A stretch of DNA of 63,182 nucleotides, filler included, from Chiloscyllium plagiosum (GCF_004010195.1; 4 parts of one record of this genome joined end to end with filler, not necessarily neighbours in it), one strand, 5' to 3'. Positions 50,513 to 63,182 are shown, counted from the first letter of the whole stretch. The notes: generated by a model from the letters alone, not told the origin. A program made the numbers and translations.

Positions 50513-50704
50513 CTGCCTATGCCGCTTGTTATGCATGTGAGTGAAAAAGTCGAACAATGTCCCACAAATGGTATTGCAATTTTTGCACCAGTGATTCCCT
50601 GTATCATAGTATTCATACACATCCCTAGATTCAGGGAGGTTCTCACGTAGCTTCCTTGTTTTAGCATCCAACTCCTCCAAAGATCCTTTCCTTGTTGAAA
50701 TCTC
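50513..50704 (-). CDS. ZNF318: ZNF318 coding exon with matrin-type zinc finger 1 (YEYYDTGNHWCKNCNTICGTLFDFFTHMHNKRHRQ)
   Basis: C-x2-C...H-x5-H finger; atacag|GAG acceptor, CAG|gtgcgt donor; 192 nt, phase 0 to 0. Confidence 0.95.
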
Positions 50705-51157
50705 CTGTATTAAAATCCATAGAGATGGTCATATGTAACAGCATGATTCAAAGTTTCAAACAAGTTCAAATTCACAAGGCGACTCCCTAAAAAGGCCATC
50801 ATGATATCATCATTATATGCCTTCAGCCAGAAGTGTTGGAATTGCAGTTGGGTAATACACAAGACTAGGCCTGGACTGCACCTAATATTTCCAGCTGTCT
50901 GTCTGGGTGGGGTATTGCATTTTATAAATGGGGCTCAAGCACATTTGTCCAGAGCCCTGAGAATCAATGCCCTATCCATTCAATGAATCAAGAAGTATCT
51001 GCTGGAGATGAAGCCAAATACAAGACAGGTGTACACAAAAATGCAATGTTTCAATTAAAACTAAATATAAAGATTATATCATGACGTCCTTTAAATGGGC
51101 CCAACTTTACCATGCAGTTTCCTGAGTACTTTTGAATAAACGTTTCAAAGTCACTAC

Positions 51158-51429
51158 CTTTGATGATGCCGATTTTTCTTCTTTTAGCAGCACCTTTTCC
51201 AAGATATCACCTTTGTGCTTGTCAGATGATTTTGAACTTTGATCTTGAATCACCACCCCCAAGATTTGAGCCACTTTCTCCAGCTCCGATAGCTTTTTAA
51301 CAGTCTCCTCAACCTGCTGGCGAACTAAAGACATCTGGCGCACAATGTCTTCCTGTAGCTTGCCGTTTTCAAGCAGAAGAGGGTCTTTGTGTCCATCCTT
51401 TTCACGACGTTTCTTTCTTAGCAATTCCC
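51158..51429 (-). CDS. ZNF318: ZNF318 coding exon (ELLRKKRREKDGHKDPLL...ELEKVAQILG...SASSK)
   Basis: RKKRREKDGHKDPLL is characteristic of ZNF318; aag|GG acceptor, AAG|gtagtg donor; 272 nt, phase 1 to 0. Confidence 0.93.
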
Positions 51430-52192
51430 CTTTGCACGTTTAAGGCAGAAGGGAGAGGTGAAAATTTAGTTTCAAAACTTCTCACCTCAATTAATGCGCA
51501 ATTCTTGAGCACACCCGGAGTTTACATCAGTAGGTTCATCAACGTTTTTCAGCTTCTTGACCAAGGGGAGTGCAGACCAAAGTTGCTGCATAGGTTCAGA
51601 GACTTCTCAAGTTGTGTGGATCTTAATTTTATGGGCTCACATTCCACCTGGAAGGGTGGCACTGAAACACATATGTACACTACAGTACAAATTAGGCTCT
51701 TGAGCATTTGCCCAACATCCACCTTTTGGTGGGCAAAAAAGAATACATTTAGTCGGTATCCCAGCCAGATGACTGTGGGCTGATATTTTTCTCCCCAATG
51801 TCTCAGGTCCAAAAATCAAAGAACTAAACTGTAATCTCTAGTGATTCTTACCAAAGCACATGTTTTGAGACAATAGTTAATTATTACTGCACTGTGGCTC
51901 ATACTAGGACATGGCAATCCACAAAAACAAATTATAATATACAAAGTAAACAAATCCTACAGTAAACAGAAAAAAAAATGGCTGGTATAAAGACATATGG
52001 CATAGTGGTCAACGACAATTATTTTATGGAATGGGGATTTAAAAGACAGAGCAGACGGATTTAAAGCAAATGGTCAATAAAAGATTTATAAACACAAACA
52101 TGGACAACCACTTCTATGTCAAAAAAGCAGTACACTTTACTATGTGAACATAACAAGAAGCTAACATGTGACAACCTGCTGCCAATTTCTAC

Positions 52193-52317
52193 CTTGCTGT
52201 TTTCGAAGCTTCTGCAGCTCATTTCCAAGATAATCCAAACGTTTCGCCCGAGCTTCTTTCTCCTTGAGGAGCTTGGCTTTCTCTTCCAGAACCTGAGTTG
52301 AACGAATATGAGGCTTG
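52193..52317 (-). CDS. ZNF318: ZNF318 coding exon, coiled coil (KPHIRSTQVLEEKAKLLKEKEARAKRLDYLGNELQKLRKQQ)
   Basis: Resembles vertebrate ZNF318 VIEEREKLK..EAR.K...L..EL..L.KQQG; ag/gt boundaries; 125 nt, phase 2 to 1. A second possible acceptor (cag|GTT) lies at 52292. Confidence 0.85.
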
Positions 52318-52514
52318 CTTTACATTGAAAGGTTAAAAGTTACAAGCATATAAAGCATTCTAACTAATTTATCAAGCGTATGGTCACTAGACCCCCAACC
52401 TAGACACCTGAGAAAAATAGTAATGAACAGGCAAGGTCTTTCACTTTTGGATCAAGCATGGAAAGACTAGACTGTACAATGCAATCTCATTCAACCTGGG
52501 GGAGCATATGAATA

Positions 52515-55500
52515 ATAGTGGGCCATGATACCCTTTGAATTTGCTCCATGATTCAATAAGATCACTGCTGATCTGATTTTAACCTCAACTTTTCATCCCT
52601 GTCTATGCCAGATAATCAAGAATCTATCAACCTCTCCTATAAAAATATTTCAAGGTTTTGCATCCACTGCCTTTTGAGGAAAGGAATTCCAAAGATTCCT
52701 AACCCTCAGTGAAAAAATGTTTCCTCATCTGGGTCTGAAATGAACAGTCCCTTATTTTTAGATTATAACCCTTAGTTCTAGATTCTCCCACAAGAAGAAA
52801 CATCTGTTTCACATCCACCCAGTCAAGCCCCCTCAAGATCTTAAATGTATTAATTAAGTCATGTCTGACTCTTCTAAACTCCAGAGAACACAAGCCTAGC
52901 GTGTTCTAGCTATGAGTGGAGTAAACCTTCCAAGAATGGCTTCCAAAGCAATCAGATCCATCTGGAAGTATGGTGAACCAGCACTGTGCACACTACTCTT
53001 GATGTGACCTTACCAATGCCTTGTATAACCGAAACAGAACTTTCACTTTCTTGCATTCAGTTCACTTCACAATTAAACATTCTATTAATTCATATACTTG
53101 ATGCAATTGCAAACTAACCTTTGGTGATTCATGTACTAAGAGACCCAGATCTCTCTGTAAATTCTCAACATTGAGATAGTTGGCTTCCTTTTTATTCTTT
53201 CTGCCAAAGCCAAGTTCACATTTTCACACATTCTACTCTGCCAATTCACTTAACCGACCTCTAAACCTTTGTATGCTCTTTGTGTTGTTTTCACAACTCA
53301 CTTTGCTAGTTATCTTTGTGGCATCAGGAAATTTGACAATCAAACGCTTGGTCCCTTTATCCAAATCATTTATGTAAATAGTAAAGTGTTGAGGTCTTAG
53401 TACCATCCCTTATGGTACAGCAGTAGTGACATAAATCCAGCCTGAAAAATGATTCCTACTCCCAGCTTTTTGTTAGCCAGCCAATATTCTGTCCATGTCA
53501 ATAAGATACTCATCTACACTTGTATTTTCTGCAATAACCTTTGATGTATCACCTCACCAGACATGTTCTTGAAATCGAAGTACAATACATCCACTAGTTC
53601 CTCTTGCTTGAAGCTGAAGTTACTTAGAGTTATAGAGTCATAGAGATGAACAGCATGGAAACAGACCCTTCTGTCCAACTCGTCCATGCCGACCAGATTA
53701 CCCAACCCAATCTAGTCCCACCTGCCAGCACCCAGCCCATATCCCTCCAAACCCTTCCTGTTCATATACCCATCCAAATGCCTCTTAAATGTTTCAATTG
53801 TACCAGCCTCCACCACTTCCTCTGGCAGCTCATTCCATACACGTGCCACCCTCTGTGTGAAAAAGTTGCCCCTTAAATCTCTTTTATATCTTTCCCCTCT
53901 CACACTAAACCTATGCCCTCTAGTTTTGGACTCCCCGACACCAGGGAAAAGACTTTGCCTATTTACACGATCCTTGCCCCTCATAATTTTGTAAACCTCT
54001 TTAAGATCACCCCTCAGCCTCCGAAGCTTCAGGGAAAACAGCCCCAGCCTGTTCAGCCTCTCCCTATAGCTCAAATCCTCCAACCCTGGCAATATCCTTG
54101 TAAATATGTTCCGATAGGAAGGAGACCAGAATTGCATGCAATATTCCAACAGTGGCCAAACCAATGTCCCGTACAGCCACAACATGACCACCCAACTCCT
54201 GTACTCCAATACTCTGACCAATAAAGGAAAGCATACCAAATGCCTTCTTCACTATCCTATCTACCTGCGACTTCACTTTCAAGGAGCTACGAACCTGCAC
54301 TCCAAGGTCTCTTTGTTCAGCAACACTCCCTCGGACCTTACCATTAAGTGTATAGGTCCTGCTAAGATTTGCTTTCCCAAAATGCAGCACCTCGCATTTA
54401 TCTGATTTAAATTCCATCTGCCACTTCTCAGCCCATTGGCCCATCTGGTCAAGTCCTGTTGTGATCTGAGGTAACCCTCTTCGCTGTCCACGACACCGCC
54501 AATTTTGGTGTCATCTGCAAACTTACTAACTGTACCTCTTACGCTCGCATCCAAATCATTTATGTAAATGACAAAAAGTAGAGGACCCAGCACCGATCCT
54601 TGTGGCACTCCACTGGTCACAGGCCTCCAGTCTGAAAAACAACTCTCCACCACCACCCTCTGTCTTCTACCTTTGAGCCAGTTCTGTATCCAAATGGCTA
54701 GTTCACCCTGTATTCCGTGAGATCTAACCTTGCTAATCAGTCTCCATGGGGAACCTTGTCGAACGCCTTACTGAATTCCATATAGATCACATCTACCGCT
54801 CTGCCCTCATCAACTCTCTTTGTTACTTCTTCAAAAAAGTCAAATCAAGTTTGTGAGACATGATTTCCCACGCACAAAGCCATGCTGACTATCCCGAATC
54901 AGTCCTTGCCTTTCCAAATACATGTACATCCTGTCCCTCAGGATTTCCTCCAACAACTTGCCCACCACCCACGTCAGGCTCACTGGTCTATCCTTCCCTG
55001 GCTTGTCCTTACCACCCTTCTTAAACAGTGGCATCACGGTTGCCAACCTCCAGTCTTCCAGCACCTCACCTGTGACTATCAATGATACAAATATCTCAGC
55101 AAGAGGCCCAGCAATCACTTCTCTAGCTTCCCACAGAGTTCTAGGATACACCGGATCAGGTCCTGAGGTTTTATTCACCTTTACCCGTTTCAAGACATCC
55201 AGCACTTCCTCCTCTGTAATATGGACATTTTGCAAGATGTCACCATTTCCCTACAGTCTATATCTTCCATATCTTTTTCCACAGTAAATACTGATGCAAA
55301 ATATTCATTTAGTATATCCCCCATTTTCTGCGGCTCCACACAAAGGCCACCTTGCTGATCTTTGAGGGGCCCTATTCTCTCCCTAGTTACCCTTTTGTCC
55401 TTAATGTATTGCATAAATGCGTGAAACAGAATTTCCTTTCAACAAAACTATGATGGCTCTGTTGATTGCGTTGAACTTCGTCAAGTGCCACATTATAACA

Positions 55501-56070
55501 TTTTAAATATTTTCCCTATGAAAGATGGTAAGCTAACTGGCCTGTAGCTTCCTGCCTCCCTCTCTTTTAGAAAAAAAAGTTACATGAATTATTTCTCAAT
55601 CTGAACAAATCTTCCCCCAATGTAATGGTTTTTATAAATTAAAACCAACACATGAACCATCTCATAAGCTACTTCATTTAAGATCCTAGGATTAAATTCA
55701 TTAGGAGCGAGGAACTTGTCAACTTGCAGATTCTATGGTTCTAGAATCGCTGTTTCACAAAATTCTCAAATCATTCCATGGACTCATCCAGGCTATTACC
55801 AACCTGATTCCTCCCCAATTTGTATATAGATTAAAATCAGTGATGACTAATGCCCTTTGTTTATCACTGAATATTTTATCTTGTATACTCATTCCTATAT
55901 TTGAGTTACCACTTGATTCAACATCATGAACTGCTGAATGGTGGTAATTTCTATCCACTGTACTAATACAGATATTTGATTATGAGTGCTGCCCTTCTGC
56001 TTTTATTCTTCTCCAATGTCACATACCCCTTGATACTCAACACCAAATGCTCGTCTTTCTGCAGCCACAT
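52515..56070 (-). mobile_element. Old decayed CR1 LINE in a ZNF318 intron, split by a younger CR1
   Basis: Tail at ~52515, RT remnants at 52700-53600, continuation at 55415-56070 (ITDFNL, IAEMWLQ APE remnants). Confidence 0.75.
53626..55410 (-). mobile_element. Younger HER1-like CR1, 5'-truncated
   Basis: ORF pieces 55190..55414, 54840..55235, 54279..54656 and 53712..54239; tail (ctctatga)-like at 53626-53645. Confidence 0.93.
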
Positions 56071-56099
56071 CTCTGCAATAGTTATCCACTGTATTTGGG

Positions 56100-56455
56100 A
56101 TGGGGTGTTCCAGGCTCGTTCTTGGCCATTTCTACCTGCCCTACAACTGAGTGGCTTACCAGGCTGTTTCAAGGGTAGTTATGAACCAAAAATATTGCTG
56201 TGGCTTTTAAGTCACAAATAAGCCAGAACAGGTAAGGGAGACAGATTTCCCTTCCCAAAAAGAAATGACTGAGCCAGATTGTTTTTTATTAAATTGAAAG
56301 TGGTTACATGGTCACCATTAGGTTAGCTTTCAATTCCAGGTTTTTAGGAATCCAAATTTCACAACTTGCTACAATGGGATTCAACCTTATATCCCCAGAA
56401 CATTATCCTGGAGTTCAGGGTTACTAGCCAGTGATATTATCACTGCACCACCATC
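56100..56455 (-). mobile_element. Complete tRNA-headed Deu-domain (SacSINE1-like) SINE
   Basis: Head ggtggtgcagtgataatatcactgg...ggttgaatccc, Deu core, then ccactcagttg joined to a short LINE-like tail. Confidence 0.7.
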
Positions 56456-56618
56456 TTCCATATTTGTTCACTTCACCATGTGATGAAATGCATTTACTTT
56501 GTTATGAATGCAAAGTGCCTTCTGTGTTTATTTGGTCGTCTTTGTAGCATCTCAGTATGACTGCTATTTTATTCCTCTATTTATTACATTGATCTAGGTA
56601 AGAAACTTAAATATAATA

Positions 56619-56807
56619 CAGTGGAAACTCGATTACCCTAATGTGATGACGGGTACTATTGCGTTCGGATAATCGATTATTCCGAAAATCGATTAAATGT
56701 CTTTCCTCTGGGGCTCGGAGTTTTAAAGTCTGCTCCCTATTCAGGAGACTGCAGCAACGCAGAGCGCGCAAGACCCTACCCACAACACTGCCCCCCCCCT
56801 CTAGTTT
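56619..56807. mobile_element. Tigger/pogo-like DNA transposon end, truncated by the gap
   Basis: TA|CAGTGGAAACTCGATTA... with internal repeated ttcggataatcga motifs. Confidence 0.6.
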
Positions 56808-56907
56808 NNNNNNNNNNNNNNNNNNNNNNNNNNNNNNNNNNNNNNNNNNNNTTAATTAATTAANNNNNNNNNNNNNNNNNNNNNNNNNNNNNNNNNNNNN
56901 NNNNNNN
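56808..56907. other. Scaffold gap with TTAATTAATTAA linker
   Basis: 44 N + 12-mer + 44 N. Confidence 0.97.
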
Positions 56908-58650
56908 GTTTCATACTCTCCTCTTCAACAATATGGTCCCTCTCATTTGTAAGTACTGAAGAAACGTACTCATTCAAGACCTCTCCTATCTCTTCCGACT
57001 CAATACACAGTCTCCCACTACTGTCCTTGATCGGACCTACCCTCGTTCTTGTCATTCTCATGTTTCTCACATACGCATAAAAGGCCTTGGGGTTATCCTT
57101 GATTCTACCCGCCACAGATTTTTCATGCCCTCTCTAGCTCTCCTAATCCCTTTCTTCAGCTCCCTCCTGGCTATCCTGTATCCCTCCAACGCTCTGAACC
57201 TTGTTTCCTCAACCTTATGTAAGCCTCCTTCTTCCTCTTTACAAGACATTCAACCTCCCTCATCAACCAAGGTTCCTTCAAACGACCATCTCTTTCCTGC
57301 CTGACAGGTACATACATATCAAGGTCACGTCGTATCTGTTCCTTGCAAAAGTTCCACATTTCAACGACATCCTTCCCTGACAGCCTATGCTCCCAACTTA
57401 TGCTCCTCAGATCCTATCTTGCAGCATCGTATTTACCCTTTCCCCAATTGTAAAACCTACCCTGTTGCACGCACCTATCTCCATAACCAAGGTGAAAGTC
57501 ACAGAATTGTGGTCACCATCACCAAAATGCTCACCCACTAACAAGCCCATCACTTGTCCCGGTTCGTTACCAAGTTCCAAATCCAATATGGCCTCCCCTC
57601 TGCTCGGACAATCTACATACTGAATTAGAAAAGCTTCCTGGACACACTGCACAAACACCGCCCGTCCAATCTACTTGATCTAAAGAGCTTCCAATCAATA
57701 TTTGGGAAGTTGAATTCACCCATGACTACTACCCTGTGGCTTCTGCACCTTTCCAAAATCTGTTTCCCAATCTGTTTCTCCACATCTCTGCTGCTATTGG
57801 GGAGCCTATAGTAAACACCCAACAAGGTGACTGCACCTTTCCTATTTCTGACTTCAGCCCATACTACCCCCAAAGGCAGATCCCCCTCGAACTGCCTTTC
57901 TGCAGCCGTTATACCATGTCTAATTAGCAACGCCATCTCCCTTCCTTTTTTACCACCCTCCCTAATCTTACTGAAACATCTGTAACCAGGAACCTCCAAC
58001 AACCATTCCTGTCCCTCTTCTATCCATGTTTCCGTGATGGCCACAACATCGTAGTCCCAGGTACCGATCCACGCNNNNNNNNNNNNNNNNNNNNNNNNNN
58101 NNNNNNNNNNNNNNNCCCCCGAAGAGTGCTAGCAAACCTACCTCCCAGGATATTGGTGCCCTTCTGGTTCAGGTGCAACCCGTCCTGCTTGTACAGGTCC
58201 CACCTTCCCCAGAATGCAGTCCAATTATCCAAATGCCTGAAGCCCTCCCTCCTACAACATCCTTGCAGCCACGTGATCAACTGCACTCTCTCCCTATTCC
58301 TTGCCTCACTGTCATGTGGCACCGGCAACAACCCAGAGATGATGACTCTGTCCGTCCTAGCTTTTAGCTTCCAGCCTAATTCCCTGAGCTCCTGAATGAC
58401 CTCCCCACCCCTCTTCCTACCTATGTCGTTGGTGCCAACGTGCACCACGACTTCTGGCTGCACACCCTCCACCTTAAGGATTCTGAAGACACGGTCCGAG
58501 ACGTCTCGGATCCTGGCACCCGGGAGGCAACAAACCATCCGAGAGACTCGCCCATGTGGAAAGAACCGCCTGTCCGTTCCTCTAACTAAACAGTCCCCTA
58601 TAACTAGCGCTCTCCTCCTCTCTCCCTTTCCCTTCTGAGCCTCAGAGCCG
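56908..58650 (-). mobile_element. CR1 LINE 5' half (ORF1 SGNH esterase + APE) with a 41-N gap at 58075-58115
   Basis: VCCLPGAR, VVHVGTND, DGLHLN; AITETW, YYRLP, MGEFNFP, DHNSV. Confidence 0.92.
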
Positions 58651-58654
58651 GAAT

Positions 58655-58840
58655 AGTAAGGGTATGGAATGCTTTGCCTGCAACGGTAGATTCACCAACT
58701 TTAAGTACATTTAAGTCGTCATTGGACAAGCATATGGATGTACATGAAATAGTGTAGGTTCGATGGGCTTCAGATTGGTATGACTGGTCAGTGCAACATC
58801 GAGGGCCGAATGGCCTGTACTGCGCTGTAATGTTCTATGG
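58655..58840 (+). mobile_element. CR1 3' tail fragment
   Basis: tggaatgctttgcctg...ggcctgtactgcgctgtaatgttctatg. Confidence 0.85.
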
Positions 58841-59669
58841 TGGAGTATTGACTAAGCAGACTGGAAAAGTGGCAGAGGGAGCCGAGGAGGAAGGTGGCAA
58901 TCTGTAGGAGGTTTCCTTGCCCATGTTTGACCTAGTGCCATGAGGATTTATGAGGTCTGGCATCAATGTTGAAGAGTCCCAGAACAACCTTCTGAAATCT
59001 GGGTAGTTAAGAACATCAACATGACAGACTCAATGTACTTAAACTCTATGAAGAGACGTTTCCAGAAGGACATTTCCTTTCCTGATGTTTACTGTGTTTG
59101 TAAACAACCATTTTGGAAAAAATACAAACTTGGTTTGGTTTTTCACTATTTTACCCAGTAAGAAGGATAGTTTCTTTTTCCTTCTTTTTAAAAATAGATA
59201 CTGTACTATCAAAGAGATGCTGTGGCATAATGAATAGAGTTTTGCTTCTGCGTCCCACTTCTGGACTTGATTGCTAAGGAATGTCTATTCAGAGCATTTT
59301 GTATATTAACCTATAAATCCTTCCAATACACTATCCATAGCTCCAGACTAAAACATGCCTCTCCACTCATGGTATCTGCTTTCAATATCATTGGCTAGAA
59401 ACTATTTGACAAAGTAGACTTAAAATCATATATATGGTGAATTCTCATTCAGTCATGCACATTTGCAGATAAATATGAATAATGAGTATGGCTTATTATT
59501 AAAAAATTTCATAAAACAAATTCAGCACATACAAATTTTGCTGCACATTTTAATACTTTTCTACAACATTAAATTAAGCCATAAAATCATTTGAAATTCA
59601 GAACCAAATGAGGAGCAATGAACTATATTAACATCATAAATTCAAGTTGTTTGGTTTCACATCCTATAC

Positions 59670-59749
59670 CTGACATTTGGTAACGACTGCTGCTCAGATG
59701 CAGGCACATTCCCTCGGGTATTTCCAGCTGGGGGTATGGGTCTTTCACC
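59670..59749 (-). CDS. ZNF318: ZNF318 internal coding exon (GERPIPPAGNTRGNVPASEQQSLPNV)
   Basis: Strong acceptor (ttccttcttgttgtctag) and donor (AG|gtatag); 80 nt, open, ends in phase 2 and joins in frame to the exon at 52317 (AG|C = Ser). Weak similarity to the region of ZNF318 before the coiled coil. Confidence 0.7.
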
Positions 59750-60034
59750 CTAGACAACAAGAAGGAATTGAAAAGTAAAGCAAAAATTACAAAAGAAATC
59801 TAAACTAAAATGATAACAAGAAGTAATTCAATAGCAGAATCACATGTAACGTCCTGCAATTATGCACTGCTTGAACATAGTTGGCATGTTGCCCACTCCA
59901 AACAAATAAAGGGACTGTGCAATAGAATACAATAAATCCATCAATTTGTGATAAAGTATCAGAAAATTAACGATGATTAACAGAATTGCAGAATCACTAT
60001 GGTACAAGAGGAAACCATTCAACTCATCTGAGCA

Positions 60035-61608
60035 GAAACTTTTGTCAAACATTAAGATTGACAAGTCGCCAGGGCCAGACCAGATTTGTCCTCGGCTGCT
60101 TTGGGAAACGTGAAATGCAATTGCTTCGCCACTTGCGAAGATCTTTTCATCCTCGCTTTCCACTGGAGACGTACCTGAGGACTGGAGAGAGGCAAATGTA
60201 ATTCCTCTCTTCAAGAAAGGAAATAGGGAAATCCCTGACAATTACAGACCAGTCAGTCTCACGTCTGTCACCTGCAAGGTGTTAGAAAGGATTCTGAGGG
60301 ATAGGATTTATGATCATCTGGAAGAGCATGGCTTGATTAAATGCAGCCAACACGGCTTTGTGAGGGGCAGGTCATGCCTCACAAACCTTATCGAGTTCTT
60401 GGAGGATGTTACTAGAAAAGTTGATGAGGGTCGAGCAGTGGATGTGATGCATATGGACTTCAGCAAGGCATTTGATAAGGTTCCCCATGGTAGGCTCATT
60501 CAGAAGGTCAGGAGGAATGGGATTCAGTGGAACATAGTTGTCTGGACACAGAATTGGCTGGCCAATAGAAGACAGCGAGTGGTAGTGGAAGGAAAATATT
60601 CTGCCTGGAAGTCTGTGGTGAGTGGTGTTCCACAGGGCTCTGTCCTTGGGCCTCTACTCTTTGTAATTTTTATTAATGACTTGGATGAGGAGATTGAAGG
60701 ATGGATCAGCAAGTTTGCAGATGACACAAAGGTTGGAGGTATCGTTGACAGTATAGAGGGCTGTTGTAGGCTGCAGCAGGACATTGACAGGATGTAGATA
60801 TGGGCTGAGAGGTGGCAGATGGAGTTCAACCTGGTTAAATGCGAAGTGATGCATTTTGGAAGGTCGAATTTGAAAGCTGATTACAGGATTAAAGACAGGA
60901 TTCTTGGCAGTGCGGAGGAACAGAGGGATCTTGGGGTGCAGGTACATAGATCCCTTAAAATTGCCACCCAAGTGGACAGGGTTGTTAAGAAAGCATATGG
61001 TGTTTAGGTTTTCATTAAGAGGGGTATTGAGTTTAAGAGTCGTGAGATCTTGTTGCAGCTCTATAAAACTTTGGTTAGACCCCACTTGGAATACTACGTC
61101 CAGTTCTGGTCGCCCTATAATAGGAAAGATATAGATGCTTTGGAGAGGGTTCAGAGGAGATTTACCAGGATGCTGCCTGGAATGGAGGGCTTATCTTAAG
61201 AAGAGAGGTTGACTGAGCTTGGACTTTTTTCATTGAAAAAAAGAAGGAAGTGGGGGGACCTATTTGAGGTGTACAAGATATTGAGAGGCACAGATAAAGT
61301 TGATAGCCAGAGACTTTTTCCCCAGGCAGAAATTGTTAACATGAGGGGTCATAGTTTTAAGCTGTTTGGCGGAAGTATAGAGGGTATGTCAGAGGCAGGT
61401 TCGTTACGCAGAGAGTTGTGAGAGCATGGAATGCGTTGCCAGCAGCAGTTGTGGAAGGTCATTGGGGACATTTAAGAGACTGCTGGACATGCATATGGTC
61501 ACAGAAATTTGAGAGTTCGTACATGAGGTTTACCTTACATGAGGATCAATGGTCAGCACAACATCGTGGGCTGAAGGCCTGTTCTGTGCTGTACTGTTCT
61601 ATGTTCTA
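60035..61608 (+). mobile_element. 5'-truncated CR1 LINE (RT to tail, several stops)
   Basis: ORF 60279..60797 RT core; tail tgttctatgttcta. Confidence 0.93.
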
Positions 61609-61611
61609 GAT

Positions 61612-62285
61612 AGGGGAAGCCCTAAATGAGATTTTTGCTTTGGTTTTCACCAAGGAAAGGGAACTTGTTGAAAATGAAAACTTAGAGGAGCTGGGACACA
61701 GTCTTGAACAGATCAAGATTGATGAAGTTGATGTGTTAGAAATTTTGGCAAACATTAAGAAAGATATCTGGCAGTGCTTGCCATGACAGGGCTGTACAGT
61801 GTTAGAACATAGAACATAGAAGAATACAGCGCAGTACAGGCCCTTGGGCCCTCGATGTTGCGCCGATCCAAGCCCACCTAAACTACACTAACCCACTATC
61901 CTCCATATACCTATCCAATGCCCTCTTAAATGCCCAGAAAGAGGGAGAGTCCACCACTGTTACTGGCAGGGCATTCCATGAACTAACGACTCGCTGAGTG
62001 AAGAACCTACCCCTAACATCAGTCCTATATCTACCCCCCCTTAATTTAAAGCTATGCCCCCTTGTAATACCCGACTCAATACGCGGGAAAAGGTTCATAC
62101 TGTCGACCCTATCTAACCCCCTAATCATCTTGTAAAAGGGGAAGCCCTAAATGAGATTTTTGCTTTGGTTTTCACCAAGGAAAGGGAACTTGTTGTAAAT
62201 GAAAACTGAGAGGAGCTGGGACACAGTCTTGAACAGATCAAGATTGATGAAGTTGATGTGTTAGAAATTTTGGCAAACATTAAGA
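61612..62285 (+). repeat. 149-bp direct duplication (61612-61760 and 62137-62285) flanking an inverted CR1 tail
   Basis: The two copies differ at two positions by eye. Confidence 0.9.
61803..62135 (-). mobile_element. CR1 3' end, same subfamily as 14125-16030
   Basis: ORF 61883..62128 is nearly identical to the C-terminus of the 632-aa ORF; (TTCTATG)n tail. Confidence 0.92.
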
Positions 62286-63182
62286 TTGATAAGTCCCCAG
62301 GTCTAGACCAGATTTATCCTAGGCTGCTCTGGGAAACGAGAAAGGAGGTTGCTAAGCTGCTGGTGAGGATATTTGCCTCCTCACTCTCCATGAGAGTCGT
62401 AACAGAGGATTGGAAGGATGCAAATGTTGTTCTCTTTTCAAGAAGGGTAATAGGGAAATCCATGTCAGACCAGTCAGTCTTGCGTCTGTGGTCAGCAAAG
62501 TTTTGGAAAGAATTCTGAGGGATAGGATTTATGACTATTTGGCAAAGCATAGTGTGATTAAAGGCAGTCAGCATGGCTTTGTGAGGGGCAGGTCATGCCT
62601 CACAAATCTTATTGTGTTCTTTGAGAAGGTGTCACGACAGGTTGACGATGGTCAAGCAGTGGATGTGGTGTATATGGATTTCAGCAAGGCATTTGATAGG
62701 GTTCCCCATGGTAGGCTCATTCATAAAGTTAGGAAGTATGGGATACAGGGAGATTTGGCTATCTGGATTCAGAATTGGCTGGCTGACAGAAGGCAGAGAG
62801 TGGTTGTAGATGGAAAGTATTCTGCCTGGAGGTCAGTGTTGAGTGAGGTCCCGCAGAGCTTTGCTCTTTGTAGTTTTTATACGAGGAGGTTGAGGGGTGG
62901 GTTAGTAAATTTGCCGGTGACGCAAAAGTTGGAGGTGTCATCGATAGTATAGAGGGCTACTGCAGGCTGCAGCACGACATAGACAGGATGCAGAGCTGGG
63001 CTGAGAAATGCGAGATGGAGTTCAACCTGGATAAATGTGAAGTGATGCATTTTGAAAGGTCGAACTCGAATGCTGAATATAGGATTAAAGACAGGATTCT
63101 TGGCAGTGTGGAGGAACAGAGGGATCTGGGTGTGCAGGTGCATTGATCCCTCAAAGTTGCCACCCAAGTGGATAGGGTTGTT
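62137..63182 (+). mobile_element. CR1 LINE RT region running off the window
   Basis: DKSPGLDQIYP, QHGFVRGRSCLTNL and DFSKAFDRVPH motifs. Confidence 0.93.

Noticed and set aside
56505..56595. Possible extra small ZNF318 exon
   Set aside because: No frame-compatible GT-AG exon found, and the flanking exons already join in frame without it.
139..63167. Numerous 60-170 aa ORFs in the ORF track
   Set aside because: They are antisense or off-frame readings of LINEs, SINEs and the ZNF318 exon, or random ORFs with no recognisable homology.

Overview
Repeat-rich vertebrate genomic DNA, very likely a cartilaginous fish (shark), judged from HE1-type SINEs, HER1/CR1-type LINEs and Deu-domain SINEs. The window has three 100-bp scaffold joins with an artificial TTAATTAATTAA linker and one 41-N gap. 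Two host genes lie on the minus strand. The first is the 3' part of ZNF318: seven coding exons at 59749-42383, phase-consistent, with two matrin-type zinc fingers and a 3.2-kb last exon carrying a 23-aa tandem repeat. The second is a single coding exon of PPP2R5D (PP2A B56-delta, 21900-21723). Most of the rest is nested mobile DNA: CR1 LINEs (two near full length with an SGNH-esterase ORF1), HE1 and Deu SINEs, an RTE fragment, Tigger-like MITEs and several Penelope-like families. The most notable signal is a dense set of minimal hammerhead ribozyme motifs (CUGANGA-stem II-GAAAC-GUC/AUC, or GAAAG-CUA) in at least four distinct Penelope-related families. These include ~100-135-bp TSD-flanked mini-elements that start just upstream of the ribozyme, and fold-back copies with inverted ribozyme-bearing arms. 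A second notable signal is a tRNA/Deu SINE head running directly into a LINE endonuclease region. All family names come from recognition by eye, not database searches.
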